The notes under the pieces are model-generated. The model was not told the DNA's origin and ran no database searches. It worked only from the letters and a program-made list of their open reading frames with translations. A DNA stretch of 29,002 nucleotides, taken from the NCBI GenBank assembly GCA_038279365.1, contig JAYODI010000074.1:1-29002 (forward strand), given 5' to 3'. Of the stretch, positions 1 through 9,006 are shown one piece after another. Both the position numbers and the translations under genes were made by a program. Numbering within the stretch: the first letter of the stretch is position 1; every line of letters starts with the position of its first letter. This DNA is from Candidatus Latescibacterota bacterium. GTDB taxonomy: Bacteria > Latescibacterota > UBA2968.

Positions 1-209
1 TGGTGATTCAAACGATGTAAAATAGAGTTATTATCATACAAAAATAAAAATTTGATCCAAGCTCAATGAAATATCAAAAATTTTATAATTCAGAACAAGA
101 GTTACATTTGCATTAATTTGATATTTTACACAAATCACACCAATAAATTCATGTTTACGTCAAGATATTCTTATTACATTTCATCTCCATTTAACGACTG
201 CCTTCCTCC

Positions 210-238
210 TTGACCCTCATACCCCCAAACCTTATATT
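210..238 (+). promoter_or_regulatory. Putative sigma70 promoter for the DUF151 gene
   Basis: TTGACC (210-215), 17-nt spacer, TATATT (233-238), about 60 nt upstream of the ATG at 299. Confidence 0.6.
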
Positions 239-298
239 CGACAGGACGTGTTCCAAAGACAAAATCAAACATATTTGTTGGCAATGTAGTGACTGATT

Positions 299-787
299 AT
301 GACATTTGAAGCAGAAATCAGCGGCTTATTCATCGACCGCAAAAACGGCGAACCCGTTTTTATACTCAAAGAGCAAAATGGATCGCGCACCGTACCCATT
401 TGGGTAGACATGAATGACCTCTTTTCCGTGGCCCTTCAATTGTCCAATGGCAAAGTCAAATTGCCACGACCATTTTCCCACGACCTGATCAAAACCGTTC
501 TGCTCAACATTCAGGCGCAAGTGCAACAAGTTGTCATAACAGACATAGAAGACTATATTTATCAGGCACAGATAACTGTTGCATCTCCTGAAAAAACACT
601 CAAATTTGATGTGCGCCCCAGCGACGCCATCGTCTTGGCTCTTAAATTTGATGCGCCCATTTGTGTTGTAGAAGAAGTGGCAGACAAACAAAAAGCCCTC
701 ATACACGAAGCGGGCCTCACCGAAGAATCACTCTTAAAACGCTTTCAAAAACTTCAAATTGAAGACGTCATCAACCTTTCAGCATAG
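299..787 (+). CDS. Bifunctional nuclease family protein (DUF151/BFN domain)
   Basis: Family motifs PVFILKE..G.R.VPIW, PRPFSHDL and DVRPSDAIVLAL...API; 162 aa. Confidence 0.88.
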   Translation: MTFEAEISGLFIDRKNGEPVFILKEQNGSRTVPIWVDMNDLFSVALQLSNGKVKLPRPFSHDLIKTVLLNIQAQVQQVVITDIEDYIYQAQITVASPEKTLKFDVRPSDAIVLALKFDAPICVVEEVADKQKALIHEAGLTEESLLKRFQKLQIEDVINLSA

Positions 788-804
788 GTTCTACGAAAAT
801 TATT

Positions 805-2733
805 ATGAAAAAAATTGGCTCAATTATCGCTCTTCTTTGTCTCTTGTTCACAAATATTTTGCAGGCACAACCCGCAGACCTCACCTACAGCCAAGAGGCA
901 GAAACCCTCTTTCAGCGTGCATTGGCCCGATATATTCAAAACAAATATGACGATGCCAAATTGAGCCTCCAAGAACTCTTAACACAATATCCGCCCAACC
1001 AACGTACTTCAGCAGCCCACCTCATGCTGGCCAAAACCCACTTTAAACTCCAAGACTACAGCTTGGCCATCGCTTCGGCGGTAGAACTTCAGCTCAACTT
1101 TCCTTACAGCCGATATTTATCCGAAAGCGATCTCCTCATTGGTGATTGTTATTTTAATCAAGGGCAGGTCTACAGTGCCGCCACCCAATATGGTCGCGTG
1201 CTCACAAGCCGCACAGAAGTGCGCACCAAAGCGCGTGCGGCAGACCGCTTGGGTCAAATGGTGGGTGCCGAACGCCTTTCCAACCGCGACATAGAACGTC
1301 TCCAAAGCGACTTTGGGCGTGCCATTATAGACGAAGCCGTTGCTTTTGGACAAGCCCGCTGGCCCCTCAAATTGGGTGAACCCACCACCAGTCAACAACG
1401 CTTGGCCATGTTTCTCGAACGCTACCCCAACAGCCAACTGGCCCCACTTGCACAACAAACCCTTATGCCCACGCGCACCACCACACAAACACCTGATGCC
1501 CCCGACAAACCCCAACTAGAAACGGCGTCACCCGACACCCCCATCCAAGAGCCAGAAAATGCGCGCTACAAAATTGGCGTTATCGCCCCACTTGGCACAC
1601 CCATTGGCGAAGATTTGCGTGACGGCATTTTGCTCGCACGCGAGCTAAATCCCCTCAAGTCCAATGATCAAATTGGGCTTGTTTTTGAAGATTCAGAGGG
1701 CGATCCCATTCGCGCCGTAAGAGCTGCTCAGCGCCTCATTGAACAACACAATGTGATTGCCATTATTGGCGCACTTACCAGTGCCGAAACCACACCACTG
1801 GCCGCCTATCTCAGCGGTCAATCAGTGCCCCTTATTGCCCCAACAGCCTCAGACGATGGCATTGCATCACTCAGTCCTTATGTCTTTCAAATGAACGCCA
1901 CACCCGGTGCCCAAGGCAGGCGCATTGCCGAATATGCCGTGCGCCGACAAGGTTTGCGCATGTTGGCCACCCTGTCTTCGCGCGATACTTACGGCAGGCG
2001 CATCGCCACTGAATTTACCGCCAAAGCCGAAGAATTGGGTGCCGAAGTACTCATTCAAGAATGGTATGAATCGGGCACCACCGACTACCGTCGCCAATTT
2101 GAGCGCATTCGCAGTGCTGGGCAAGCCCTCACCCCACCCGAAGACCTTGCCGTCGAAATTAGCAGCCTCATCTTAAACGGTATTCAGGTTACACCTCCTC
2201 CCCCAGTTCCAGTTGACCCAGATACCGTTCAGCCCAAAATTGTTGAAACACTCGACGGCATTCTCATTGCTGGTGACGACACCGACCTGTTGCTCATTGC
2301 ACCACAATTTCACTCAGCACTCATTCCCGCCCAATTGTTGGGCAGCGACGGTTGGAATCACACCGAAGTAGCCCGCGACGGGGGCAATTATGTAGATGGT
2401 GCCGTTTTTGTATCCAAATATTTTCCCCAAAGCAGCCTGCACTCCGTCCAAGACTTTATCAACGCTTACAGATCGCGCTTTGGCAAAGAACAAAATATTG
2501 TTGCCGCCCTCGGTTACGACGCCATGTTGGCCACGCTCAAAGCCCTCGATGCCGGAGGCAGTGACCGCCAGAAACTGCGTGACCAACTCGAAAACCTCAC
2601 CGAAATCCCCAGTGCAACAGGCCGTGTCTCCTTTAGCAAAGGTGACCGAGAAAATGCCTGGATGTATTTGCTCACCATCCACAACAAACGCATCGAACCC
2701 TTGTCTGAGCAAATACCAATGGAGCCCAAATAA
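805..2733 (+). CDS. Secreted protein with N-terminal TPR (BamD/YfiO-like) repeats and a C-terminal type I periplasmic-binding (LivJ-like / LpoA-like) domain
   Basis: Signal peptide MKKIGSIIALLCLLFTNILQA; TPR-like helices (LLTQYPPNQRTSAAHLMLAKTHFKLQDY, FPYSRYLSESDLLIGDCYF); PBP-I motifs KIGVIAPL, EDSEGDP, AIIGALTS, LLGSDGW, AALGYDA. Confidence 0.75.
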   Translation: MKKIGSIIALLCLLFTNILQAQPADLTYSQEAETLFQRALARYIQNKYDDAKLSLQELLTQYPPNQRTSAAHLMLAKTHFKLQDYSLAIASAVELQLNFPYSRYLSESDLLIGDCYFNQGQVYSAATQYGRVLTSRTEVRTKARAADRLGQMVGAERLSNRDIERLQSDFGRAIIDEAVAFGQARWPLKLGEPTTSQQRLAMFLERYPNSQLAPLAQQTLMPTRTTTQTPDAPDKPQLETASPDTPIQEPENARYKIGVIAPLGTPIGEDLRDGILLARELNPLKSNDQIGLVFEDSEGDPIRAVRAAQRLIEQHNVIAIIGALTSAETTPLAAYLSGQSVPLIAPTASDDGIASLSPYVFQMNATPGAQGRRIAEYAVRRQGLRMLATLSSRDTYGRRIATEFTAKAEELGAEVLIQEWYESGTTDYRRQFERIRSAGQALTPPEDLAVEISSLILNGIQVTPPPPVPVDPDTVQPKIVETLDGILIAGDDTDLLLIAPQFHSALIPAQLLGSDGWNHTEVARDGGNYVDGAVFVSKYFPQSSLHSVQDFINAYRSRFGKEQNIVAALGYDAMLATLKALDAGGSDRQKLRDQLENLTEIPSATGRVSFSKGDRENAWMYLLTIHNKRIEPLSEQIPMEPK

Positions 2734-2756
2734 GATCATTCGCAACCACTCTTTAT

Positions 2757-2772
2757 TGGCATTAAAATTGCA
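2757..2772 (+). promoter_or_regulatory. Putative sigma54 (-24/-12) promoter upstream of the HhH protein gene
   Basis: TGGCATT-AAAA-TTGCA against consensus TGGCACG-N4-TTGCW; GG (2758-59) and GC (2770-71) are correctly spaced; intergenic. Confidence 0.6.
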
Positions 2773-2773
2773 A

Positions 2774-2839
2774 AAAAGCCCTGTGTTCGCTTTGGTCAAA
2801 CCACCAAAGTCATTCAAAACACAGGGCTTTTGCTTTTTT
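2774..2839 (+). terminator. Long hairpin, probable intrinsic terminator after the TPR/PBP gene
   Basis: AAAAGCCCTGTGTT (2774-2787) pairs with AACACAGGGCTTTT (2818-2831); inner stem CTTTGGT/ACCAAAG; followed by GCTTTTTT. Confidence 0.6.
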
Positions 2840-2849
2840 ACTCACCACA

Positions 2850-4589
2850 ATGCCAAAACAATTCGTTCACATCGCCCTCATTGTCGGGCACATTTTGTTC
2901 ACCTTCTCAATCGCACTCTTCGCCCAAGAAATCGACACCAGCGAAGAAGCCGAAGCCTATGAGGCCTATTTACAAGATTTAGAAGGGCTGCAACTGCATC
3001 TTAACAAAGCACCCGAATCAGCCTTGTTAGAACTGCCAGGACTCACACCCGACCTTGCTTGGCGCATCACAGCATTTCGCCCCTACCAAAACATGCGCGA
3101 CTTGCGCAGTGTTCCCGGTCTCACCCCCGACCTCCTCGATCAAATATCACCTTACCTCACCCTCACAGAACACCCTCGCTGGCAAGGGCATCTCACCACA
3201 CGCATCACGCGCCCCACCAGCAGCAACAACCAAATCGACCACTTACGCCTCACGCAACGTGCCGAAATACAAATCGGCAATTCTATATCAGGGTTCATCC
3301 TCACAGACCGCGACCCCAAAGAACCCAACTGGGCCGATTATCTCACAACACATCTGCAAATTGACCACAAATGGGGGCAAGTCATCTTAGGCGATGTGCG
3401 ACCCGAGATAGGACAAGGTTTGCTCCATTCCCGCCAAACGCGCAGTTCGGCCAGTTTGGCTACCATCAAACCACGCTCACAAAACCGCATTGCCAACCGA
3501 AACAGCACCGAATATGGCGCCATTCGAGGCATTCATTTTTCCACTCAACATCGCCTATTCACCCTTCAAGCCCTTTATGGACAAGTCCATTGGGATGCCG
3601 ATATTTCACCCGAAGGCGTTGTAGAAATCCGCCGAACCGAATCACACGTATCAGAAACCACAATTGCGCGCAAAGATGCCCTCAACGAAAAATTGGCCAC
3701 CGTTCACCTATCTGCTGGCACACCCCAAAACCACATTGGCGCAACCGTTCAACAAACCACGTTTTCACCTGCCAAACCCCAAGAAATCGCCACACATCAT
3801 TTCAGCATCAACGCACGTGCCCAAGGGCATCAAACCACCCTTTTTGGTGAAATCGCCCGTTCCCATAAGGCACAAGCTTTTATTGCAGGATTAAACTGGC
3901 AAAAAAGTGTGTTTCGCCTTCACCTCCTTCTGCGCAAATACGATCCCCAATTTTCTTCCCTACACGGTGCACCCATTGCCGCTTATGGCACACCGCCACA
4001 AAATGAACAAGGCATCTTCTGGGGGTTCACATATCGCGCCACATCCAAAACGCGCATTGAACTCAGCTTGGATCGCCACAAACACATTATGCCCGAACAA
4101 CAGCCCCTTCCCAACTACGGCCACCGCTTTCGCCTCATATTTCGCCATCGCATGGGCAAAACAGCTACCCTCCAGCTTGCGCACAGCACCCGCAAAACCC
4201 GCTACGATCCCACACGCACAGAAACCCGCGCCACACTCACTTGGTCACATCGTGCCTTACGCGCCACCTCTTGGGGCGCCAGAACGCAGGTCACCCAACT
4301 GGCCAATGGATATGCAACTGGCACACGCGTCCAAATAGGCCAAACCTATCGCCTTGCCCTTTGGACAACGGCTTATCACATTCCCATTTACGACGCACGC
4401 ATTTACGACTATGAGCCCGATGTATGGGGCAGTGGCACCTTGCAAACACGCACAGGAAAAGGCCGTGCATCCGGTCTGCTTTTAGCTTGGACAACCACCC
4501 CATTCCGCATTGCCACACGCTACAGCTTTCGCACCACCAATGCCCAACCCGCCTCTTCTTGGGCCATTCAAATCGAATTTCGTCATTAA
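2850..4589 (+). CDS. ComEA-like helix-hairpin-helix protein with a probable C-terminal outer-membrane beta-barrel
   Basis: Signal peptide; HhH_3 pattern LHLNKAPESALLELPGLTPDLAWRITAFRPYQNMRDLRSVPGL; VILGD....GQGL motif; amphipathic beta-strands ending SWAIQIEFRH. Confidence 0.7.
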   Translation: MPKQFVHIALIVGHILFTFSIALFAQEIDTSEEAEAYEAYLQDLEGLQLHLNKAPESALLELPGLTPDLAWRITAFRPYQNMRDLRSVPGLTPDLLDQISPYLTLTEHPRWQGHLTTRITRPTSSNNQIDHLRLTQRAEIQIGNSISGFILTDRDPKEPNWADYLTTHLQIDHKWGQVILGDVRPEIGQGLLHSRQTRSSASLATIKPRSQNRIANRNSTEYGAIRGIHFSTQHRLFTLQALYGQVHWDADISPEGVVEIRRTESHVSETTIARKDALNEKLATVHLSAGTPQNHIGATVQQTTFSPAKPQEIATHHFSINARAQGHQTTLFGEIARSHKAQAFIAGLNWQKSVFRLHLLLRKYDPQFSSLHGAPIAAYGTPPQNEQGIFWGFTYRATSKTRIELSLDRHKHIMPEQQPLPNYGHRFRLIFRHRMGKTATLQLAHSTRKTRYDPTRTETRATLTWSHRALRATSWGARTQVTQLANGYATGTRVQIGQTYRLALWTTAYHIPIYDARIYDYEPDVWGSGTLQTRTGKGRASGLLLAWTTTPFRIATRYSFRTTNAQPASSWAIQIEFRH

Positions 4590-4627
4590 GATATCCGTCC
4601 ACAACCTGCCCACATCTGCATTTAGAC

Positions 4628-4656
4628 TTGCACCATTGTCTCCTTCTGTCTAAATT
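4628..4656 (+). promoter_or_regulatory. Putative sigma70 promoter for sbcD-sbcC-alr
   Basis: TTGCAC (4628-4633), 17-nt spacer, TAAATT (4651-4656). Confidence 0.45.
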
Positions 4657-4711
4657 GAAACAGTTCCTCTCCCTCGCTTTCCTGCTTCACCCTACCGCAT
4701 TGCATACTTTC

Positions 4712-5959
4712 ATGGCCATTAAATTTCTCCATGTTGCCGACACACACATTGGTGTAGAAAATTATGGACGCCTCGACAGCAACACTGGTCTCCATACCCG
4801 CTTGCAAGACTTTATCAAATGCCTGCGTTTTGCCTTTGAAGAAGCCCTCAAAGAAGACGTAGATTTGGTCATCTTTGCAGGAGATGCCTATCGTTCGTGC
4901 GACCCATCGCCCACACATCAACGCGAGTTTGCAGCCCTCATTCGCATGCTCAGTGCCGAAAAAATTCCTATCGTGATGGTCACGGGCAACCACGACAGTC
5001 CCGTTGCATTTGGCAAAGCCACCTCACTTGATATTTTTGGCACCTTGGGCACCGAAGGCGTTTATGTCACCTCCGATGACCGCCTCATCACCATCCGCAC
5101 CAAATCGGGCCCCATTCAGGTGGCGTGTTTGCCGTGGTTACACCGCAGTCGTTTGCTCACCAAAGGGCCTTACCAAAACTTAGGGCAAGAAGAAATTGTT
5201 GAAAAACTCCAAGACTTAGGCTGTGCCATCATAGACGGTTTGGCCGCGCGTATTGACCCCCAATACCCCGCCGTTTTGGTGGCCCACTTGGCCGCCGCCG
5301 ATGCCACCTTATCGGGTTCTGAACAAACCGCCATCATTGGCCGCGATCCTGTTTTTTTAACCAGCACGTTGGCCAATTCGGCATTCAACTACGTCGCATT
5401 AGGCCATATACACAAATTTCAAGACCTCAATGCCAATGCACAACCGCCCGTTGTCTATTCTGGCAGCATTGAGCGCATCGACTTTGGAGAAGCCAACGAA
5501 ACCAAAGGTGTTGTCATGGTCACCATAAATGCCGATGCCAACACGTCCAAACACGTCACATCCTATCGTTTTGTGCGCACCCCAGCACGCCCCTTTAAAA
5601 CGCTCGAAGTCAAAATTCCCGACGACCAAGACCCCACCACGGTCATCCTCGAGGCCATTCGCCAGCACACACTCACCGATGCCATAGTGCGTGTCATTTA
5701 CGATCTCTCTCCCGATCACGACGACACCGTGGATCTCAAGTCCATTAAACAAGCCTTAGACAATGCCTTTATGGTCACAAGCATAGCCCCCAAACCCAAA
5801 ACACAAACCCATCAACGACGCGCCAGTATCTCTGAAGAAATGGGTGTTAAAGACGCCTTACACGCCTACGTACAAAACAACCCAGCACTTGAAAAAATGG
5901 AACCCGAATTGCAAGATCGCGCCGCCCGTCTCGAAGAACAATTGGGAGGTATTGGATGA
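4712..5959 (+). CDS. sbcD: Exonuclease SbcCD subunit D (Mre11 family)
   Basis: Metallophosphoesterase motifs HVADTHIG, FAGDAY, GNHD, ALGHIH, YSGSIERIDFGE. Start placed at ATG 4712 (MAIKFLH); the track's extension to 4424 overlaps the previous gene. Confidence 0.93.
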   Translation: MAIKFLHVADTHIGVENYGRLDSNTGLHTRLQDFIKCLRFAFEEALKEDVDLVIFAGDAYRSCDPSPTHQREFAALIRMLSAEKIPIVMVTGNHDSPVAFGKATSLDIFGTLGTEGVYVTSDDRLITIRTKSGPIQVACLPWLHRSRLLTKGPYQNLGQEEIVEKLQDLGCAIIDGLAARIDPQYPAVLVAHLAAADATLSGSEQTAIIGRDPVFLTSTLANSAFNYVALGHIHKFQDLNANAQPPVVYSGSIERIDFGEANETKGVVMVTINADANTSKHVTSYRFVRTPARPFKTLEVKIPDDQDPTTVILEAIRQHTLTDAIVRVIYDLSPDHDDTVDLKSIKQALDNAFMVTSIAPKPKTQTHQRRASISEEMGVKDALHAYVQNNPALEKMEPELQDRAARLEEQLGGIG

Positions 5960-8900
5960 TTCCCATCTCCTTGTCTCTTCAAAATTTTCTCAGCTACGGA
6001 GAAGGCGTTCCCCCACTCGACTTCACAGGTTTCCACGTGGCCTGCATTTCAGGTCGCAACGGTCATGGCAAATCGGCTCTTTTAGATGGCATTACCTATG
6101 CTTTATGGGGAGAAGCACGCAAAGCCGGTGTCGAACGCCGTGCCAATGACGGGCTCTTGCGTATTGGGGCCACAGAAATGCAGGTCGATTTTGAATTTCG
6201 CTTAGAAGAAGAGCGATACCGCGTCAGTCGCAGTTATCGCAAAACAGGCCGCAGTGCCACATCGCGTCTTGAACTGCAAATATTTAGCCCAGAAAGTGGT
6301 GGCTATAAAACACTCTCTGAAGAAGGATCTGTGCGCAAAACACAAGACAGTCTCAACAAATTGTTGCGCATGAATTACGACACTTTCATCAACTCAGCCT
6401 TTATTTTGCAAGGCCGTGCAGACGAATTTACCCGCCGCAACGCACGCGAACGCAAAACCATTCTTACAGACATCCTCGGTCTGTCTCGCTACGACGATTT
6501 GGCCGCACTTGCGCGTGCCCAAGTACAAGAAGCCGAATTGGCTCACAGCAAAACCGAAGACAAAGTCAAAGAAATTGAAGCCGCCACTGAGCAAAAAGAG
6601 GGGCTTATTCAACAAAGAAATGTGCTCACCGAAAGCTTAACAGCAGCCGAACAAACCATTGAGCACATTGAGAAACAACTCGAAACCCTGCGCACAACCC
6701 TCACCCAACGCGAACGCTTCATTGCCGAATATAATGCCCTAAAAACTGATCTCACGCGCATAGAAGCCGAGTTGCAAGATGTACAATCACAAATTGAAGC
6801 AACTGAAAAAGAAGTGGCCACCTACCAAAAAACCATCGCACAAAAACAAACCATATTAGACAACGCCGAAAAGTATCAAACCTTGCAAAATGAAGAAAAT
6901 GACCTGCAAAAAAAGTTGCATGCCTTACGCCCGTTGGAACAGCAAAAAAACAGTTTAGAACGCGAAATAGAAAAAGCCCGCCACGAAGTAGAACGCCGAC
7001 ATGGCGAATGGGATATACGCGTCAAAGATGCCGAACGCGACATTGCAGAAACACAAGAGTTGCTCCAAGACCAAGAAGACATAGACCTGCGGGTTGCCGC
7101 CTTAACAAAAGCCCGTGAGCAAGATCGCGAATGGGAAACCCTGCGTGAAAATCGCGACCGCATCGAAAAAAACATTCACGATCTCGAACGCCAGCTCGAC
7201 GCCGAAAATGCCAACTTACAAGTTGCCATTAACACCAAGCGTGAGCAACTGCGACAACACGAAAACTTAGTCGCCCAACGAGACAACCGACAAATCGCCT
7301 TTGAAAATGCAAAACGCGAGCACGAAAAAGCCAAAGCACTCGAAACCGAACGCGACCGGGTGCGCGATCAGGGCAGTGCCTATTCCCCCCAAATAGACTC
7401 CGCCCGAAATCAGTTACACAGTGTACAAAAAGCTTGTGAAGACATCTTACAACAAAAAAATGTTCTACAAAACGTGCACGACTCGCAATGCCCCCTATGT
7501 GGCAACAATTTAGACGACACACACCGCCTCGAAGTCACCAACAAGCTCGATGCGCAATATCAGGTTCACCAAACAGAAATACAAACCCTTGAAGCAAACA
7601 TTCAAACAGCCGAAACCGAGCGCGAACAACTGCGCAAACACTATCAAGAACTCAAAAACCAACTCACCAACCTTGAACACATCACACGCACCGTAGCCGA
7701 AACCGAAGCCGCGCTCAAAGAAGTTGAAACAGCCAGTGCCCAAGTAGCAACCACCCAAAATGAGATTGCAGAATTAGAGCAAAAACACGCCACCCAGCAA
7801 AACAACAGCCCCACGGCACGTGCGCTTCAATCGGCCAAACAAGAATTATCTAAAAACCCGTACAACCCCGCCGAACACCGCACACTCAGAGAAAAGCTCA
7901 AAGATTTAGAGGGTGTAGAAACGCGAAGGGCCCAACTTCAGGCCGCCCAAGACCGGCTTCAAAAAGCCCAAGCCACCTTGCCCGATTACCTAGAGAAACG
8001 GCAAACAGCACATAAATGGTTAACTGACAAACTCTACGCATCCAAACAACAAGACACTTTGCGCAATATTGAAGCAGAAATTATAGCGTTAAATTACGAC
8101 CCAGTACACCACCAGAAAATCACCCAAGAGCGCGACCAACTCAAAGATGCACCCACCCAAACCGAGCGTTTGCAAGTTGCCCAACGCGAATTTGCCAGCG
8201 CCCAACAACGCCTTCAAACATTTCAAAAACGCAAAGAAACATTTACCGAACAAAAAACAAAAATCACCCATCAATTACCAGAGTTAGAAAAAAATATTTC
8301 CAAAGCGCAACACGCCGTTGAAGAATCGGAAAAGCTACACCCCACACTGCGTGAAAGTCGACAACAACGCGATCAACACATACAACAACGCGCCACCCTC
8401 CAAGCCCAAATAGAACGCTGTGAAACCCTTGAAGCAGATAAAGAATCCATAGAAAAAGAACACAAAGCAACCCAACGCGAAATTGAAATACACAAAGAGT
8501 TGGTAACAGCTTTTGGCAAAGATGGCATCCAAGCCCTTATCATCGAACAAGCCATTCCCGAAATTGAGGAAGAGGCCAACCGCATATTGGCCAGCCTCAC
8601 ACAAAACCGTACCCAAATTGCATTAGAATCCTTGCGTGACCTCAAAAAAGGTGGCACCAGAGAAACCCTCGATATCAAAATCAGTGACGAACTGGGCGAG
8701 CGCAGTTATGAACTATATTCAGGCGGTGAAGCTTTTCGCGTTGACTTTGCCATCCGCATCGCCCTGTCCAAATTATTGGCCAGTCGCACAGGCACCCGAT
8801 TGCGAACCCTCGTTATCGACGAAGGATTTGGCACCCAAGATACCGAAGGTCTAGATCACTTGGTCGAAGCCATTCAGGCCATCAGTGAAGACTTTGAAAA

Positions 8901-9006
8901 AATACTGGTCATCACCCATGTCGAATCACTCAAACAAGCCTTTCCGGTGCGGATCGAAGTTACCAAATATCCCGATCAAGGCTCACGCTTTGAGGTCTTA
9001 TACTAA
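5956..9006 (+). CDS. sbcC: Exonuclease SbcCD subunit C (Rad50/SMC-like ATPase)
   Basis: Walker A GRNGHGKS, Q-loop ILQG, long coiled coil with CPLC zinc hook, signature YSGGE, Walker B LVIDEGFG, H-loop VITH; ATGA overlap with sbcD. Confidence 0.95.
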   Translation: MIPISLSLQNFLSYGEGVPPLDFTGFHVACISGRNGHGKSALLDGITYALWGEARKAGVERRANDGLLRIGATEMQVDFEFRLEEERYRVSRSYRKTGRSATSRLELQIFSPESGGYKTLSEEGSVRKTQDSLNKLLRMNYDTFINSAFILQGRADEFTRRNARERKTILTDILGLSRYDDLAALARAQVQEAELAHSKTEDKVKEIEAATEQKEGLIQQRNVLTESLTAAEQTIEHIEKQLETLRTTLTQRERFIAEYNALKTDLTRIEAELQDVQSQIEATEKEVATYQKTIAQKQTILDNAEKYQTLQNEENDLQKKLHALRPLEQQKNSLEREIEKARHEVERRHGEWDIRVKDAERDIAETQELLQDQEDIDLRVAALTKAREQDREWETLRENRDRIEKNIHDLERQLDAENANLQVAINTKREQLRQHENLVAQRDNRQIAFENAKREHEKAKALETERDRVRDQGSAYSPQIDSARNQLHSVQKACEDILQQKNVLQNVHDSQCPLCGNNLDDTHRLEVTNKLDAQYQVHQTEIQTLEANIQTAETEREQLRKHYQELKNQLTNLEHITRTVAETEAALKEVETASAQVATTQNEIAELEQKHATQQNNSPTARALQSAKQELSKNPYNPAEHRTLREKLKDLEGVETRRAQLQAAQDRLQKAQATLPDYLEKRQTAHKWLTDKLYASKQQDTLRNIEAEIIALNYDPVHHQKITQERDQLKDAPTQTERLQVAQREFASAQQRLQTFQKRKETFTEQKTKITHQLPELEKNISKAQHAVEESEKLHPTLRESRQQRDQHIQQRATLQAQIERCETLEADKESIEKEHKATQREIEIHKELVTAFGKDGIQALIIEQAIPEIEEEANRILASLTQNRTQIALESLRDLKKGGTRETLDIKISDELGERSYELYSGGEAFRVDFAIRIALSKLLASRTGTRLRTLVIDEGFGTQDTEGLDHLVEAIQAISEDFEKILVITHVESLKQAFPVRIEVTKYPDQGSRFEVLY

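Noticed and set aside
1..200. AT-rich region with TTTTACACA (124-132), matching the relaxed DnaA box TTWTNCACA, as a possible oriC
   Set aside because: Only one box, no dnaA/dnaN context, and no visible skew switch.
4424..4711. 96-aa N-terminal extension of SbcD in the ORF track
   Set aside because: It overlaps the previous gene and a predicted promoter; the family N-terminus begins at ATG 4712. Similar over-extensions at 10670, 16523, 18099, 20921, 21961, 22880 and 29000 were trimmed.
5956..9006. SMC-like ATPase plus nuclease as a defence system (Wadjet or Lamassu)
   Set aside because: It has a Rad50 zinc hook and a canonical Mre11-type partner, is coupled to alr, and lacks jet/lmu accessory genes. 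This is ordinary SbcCD.
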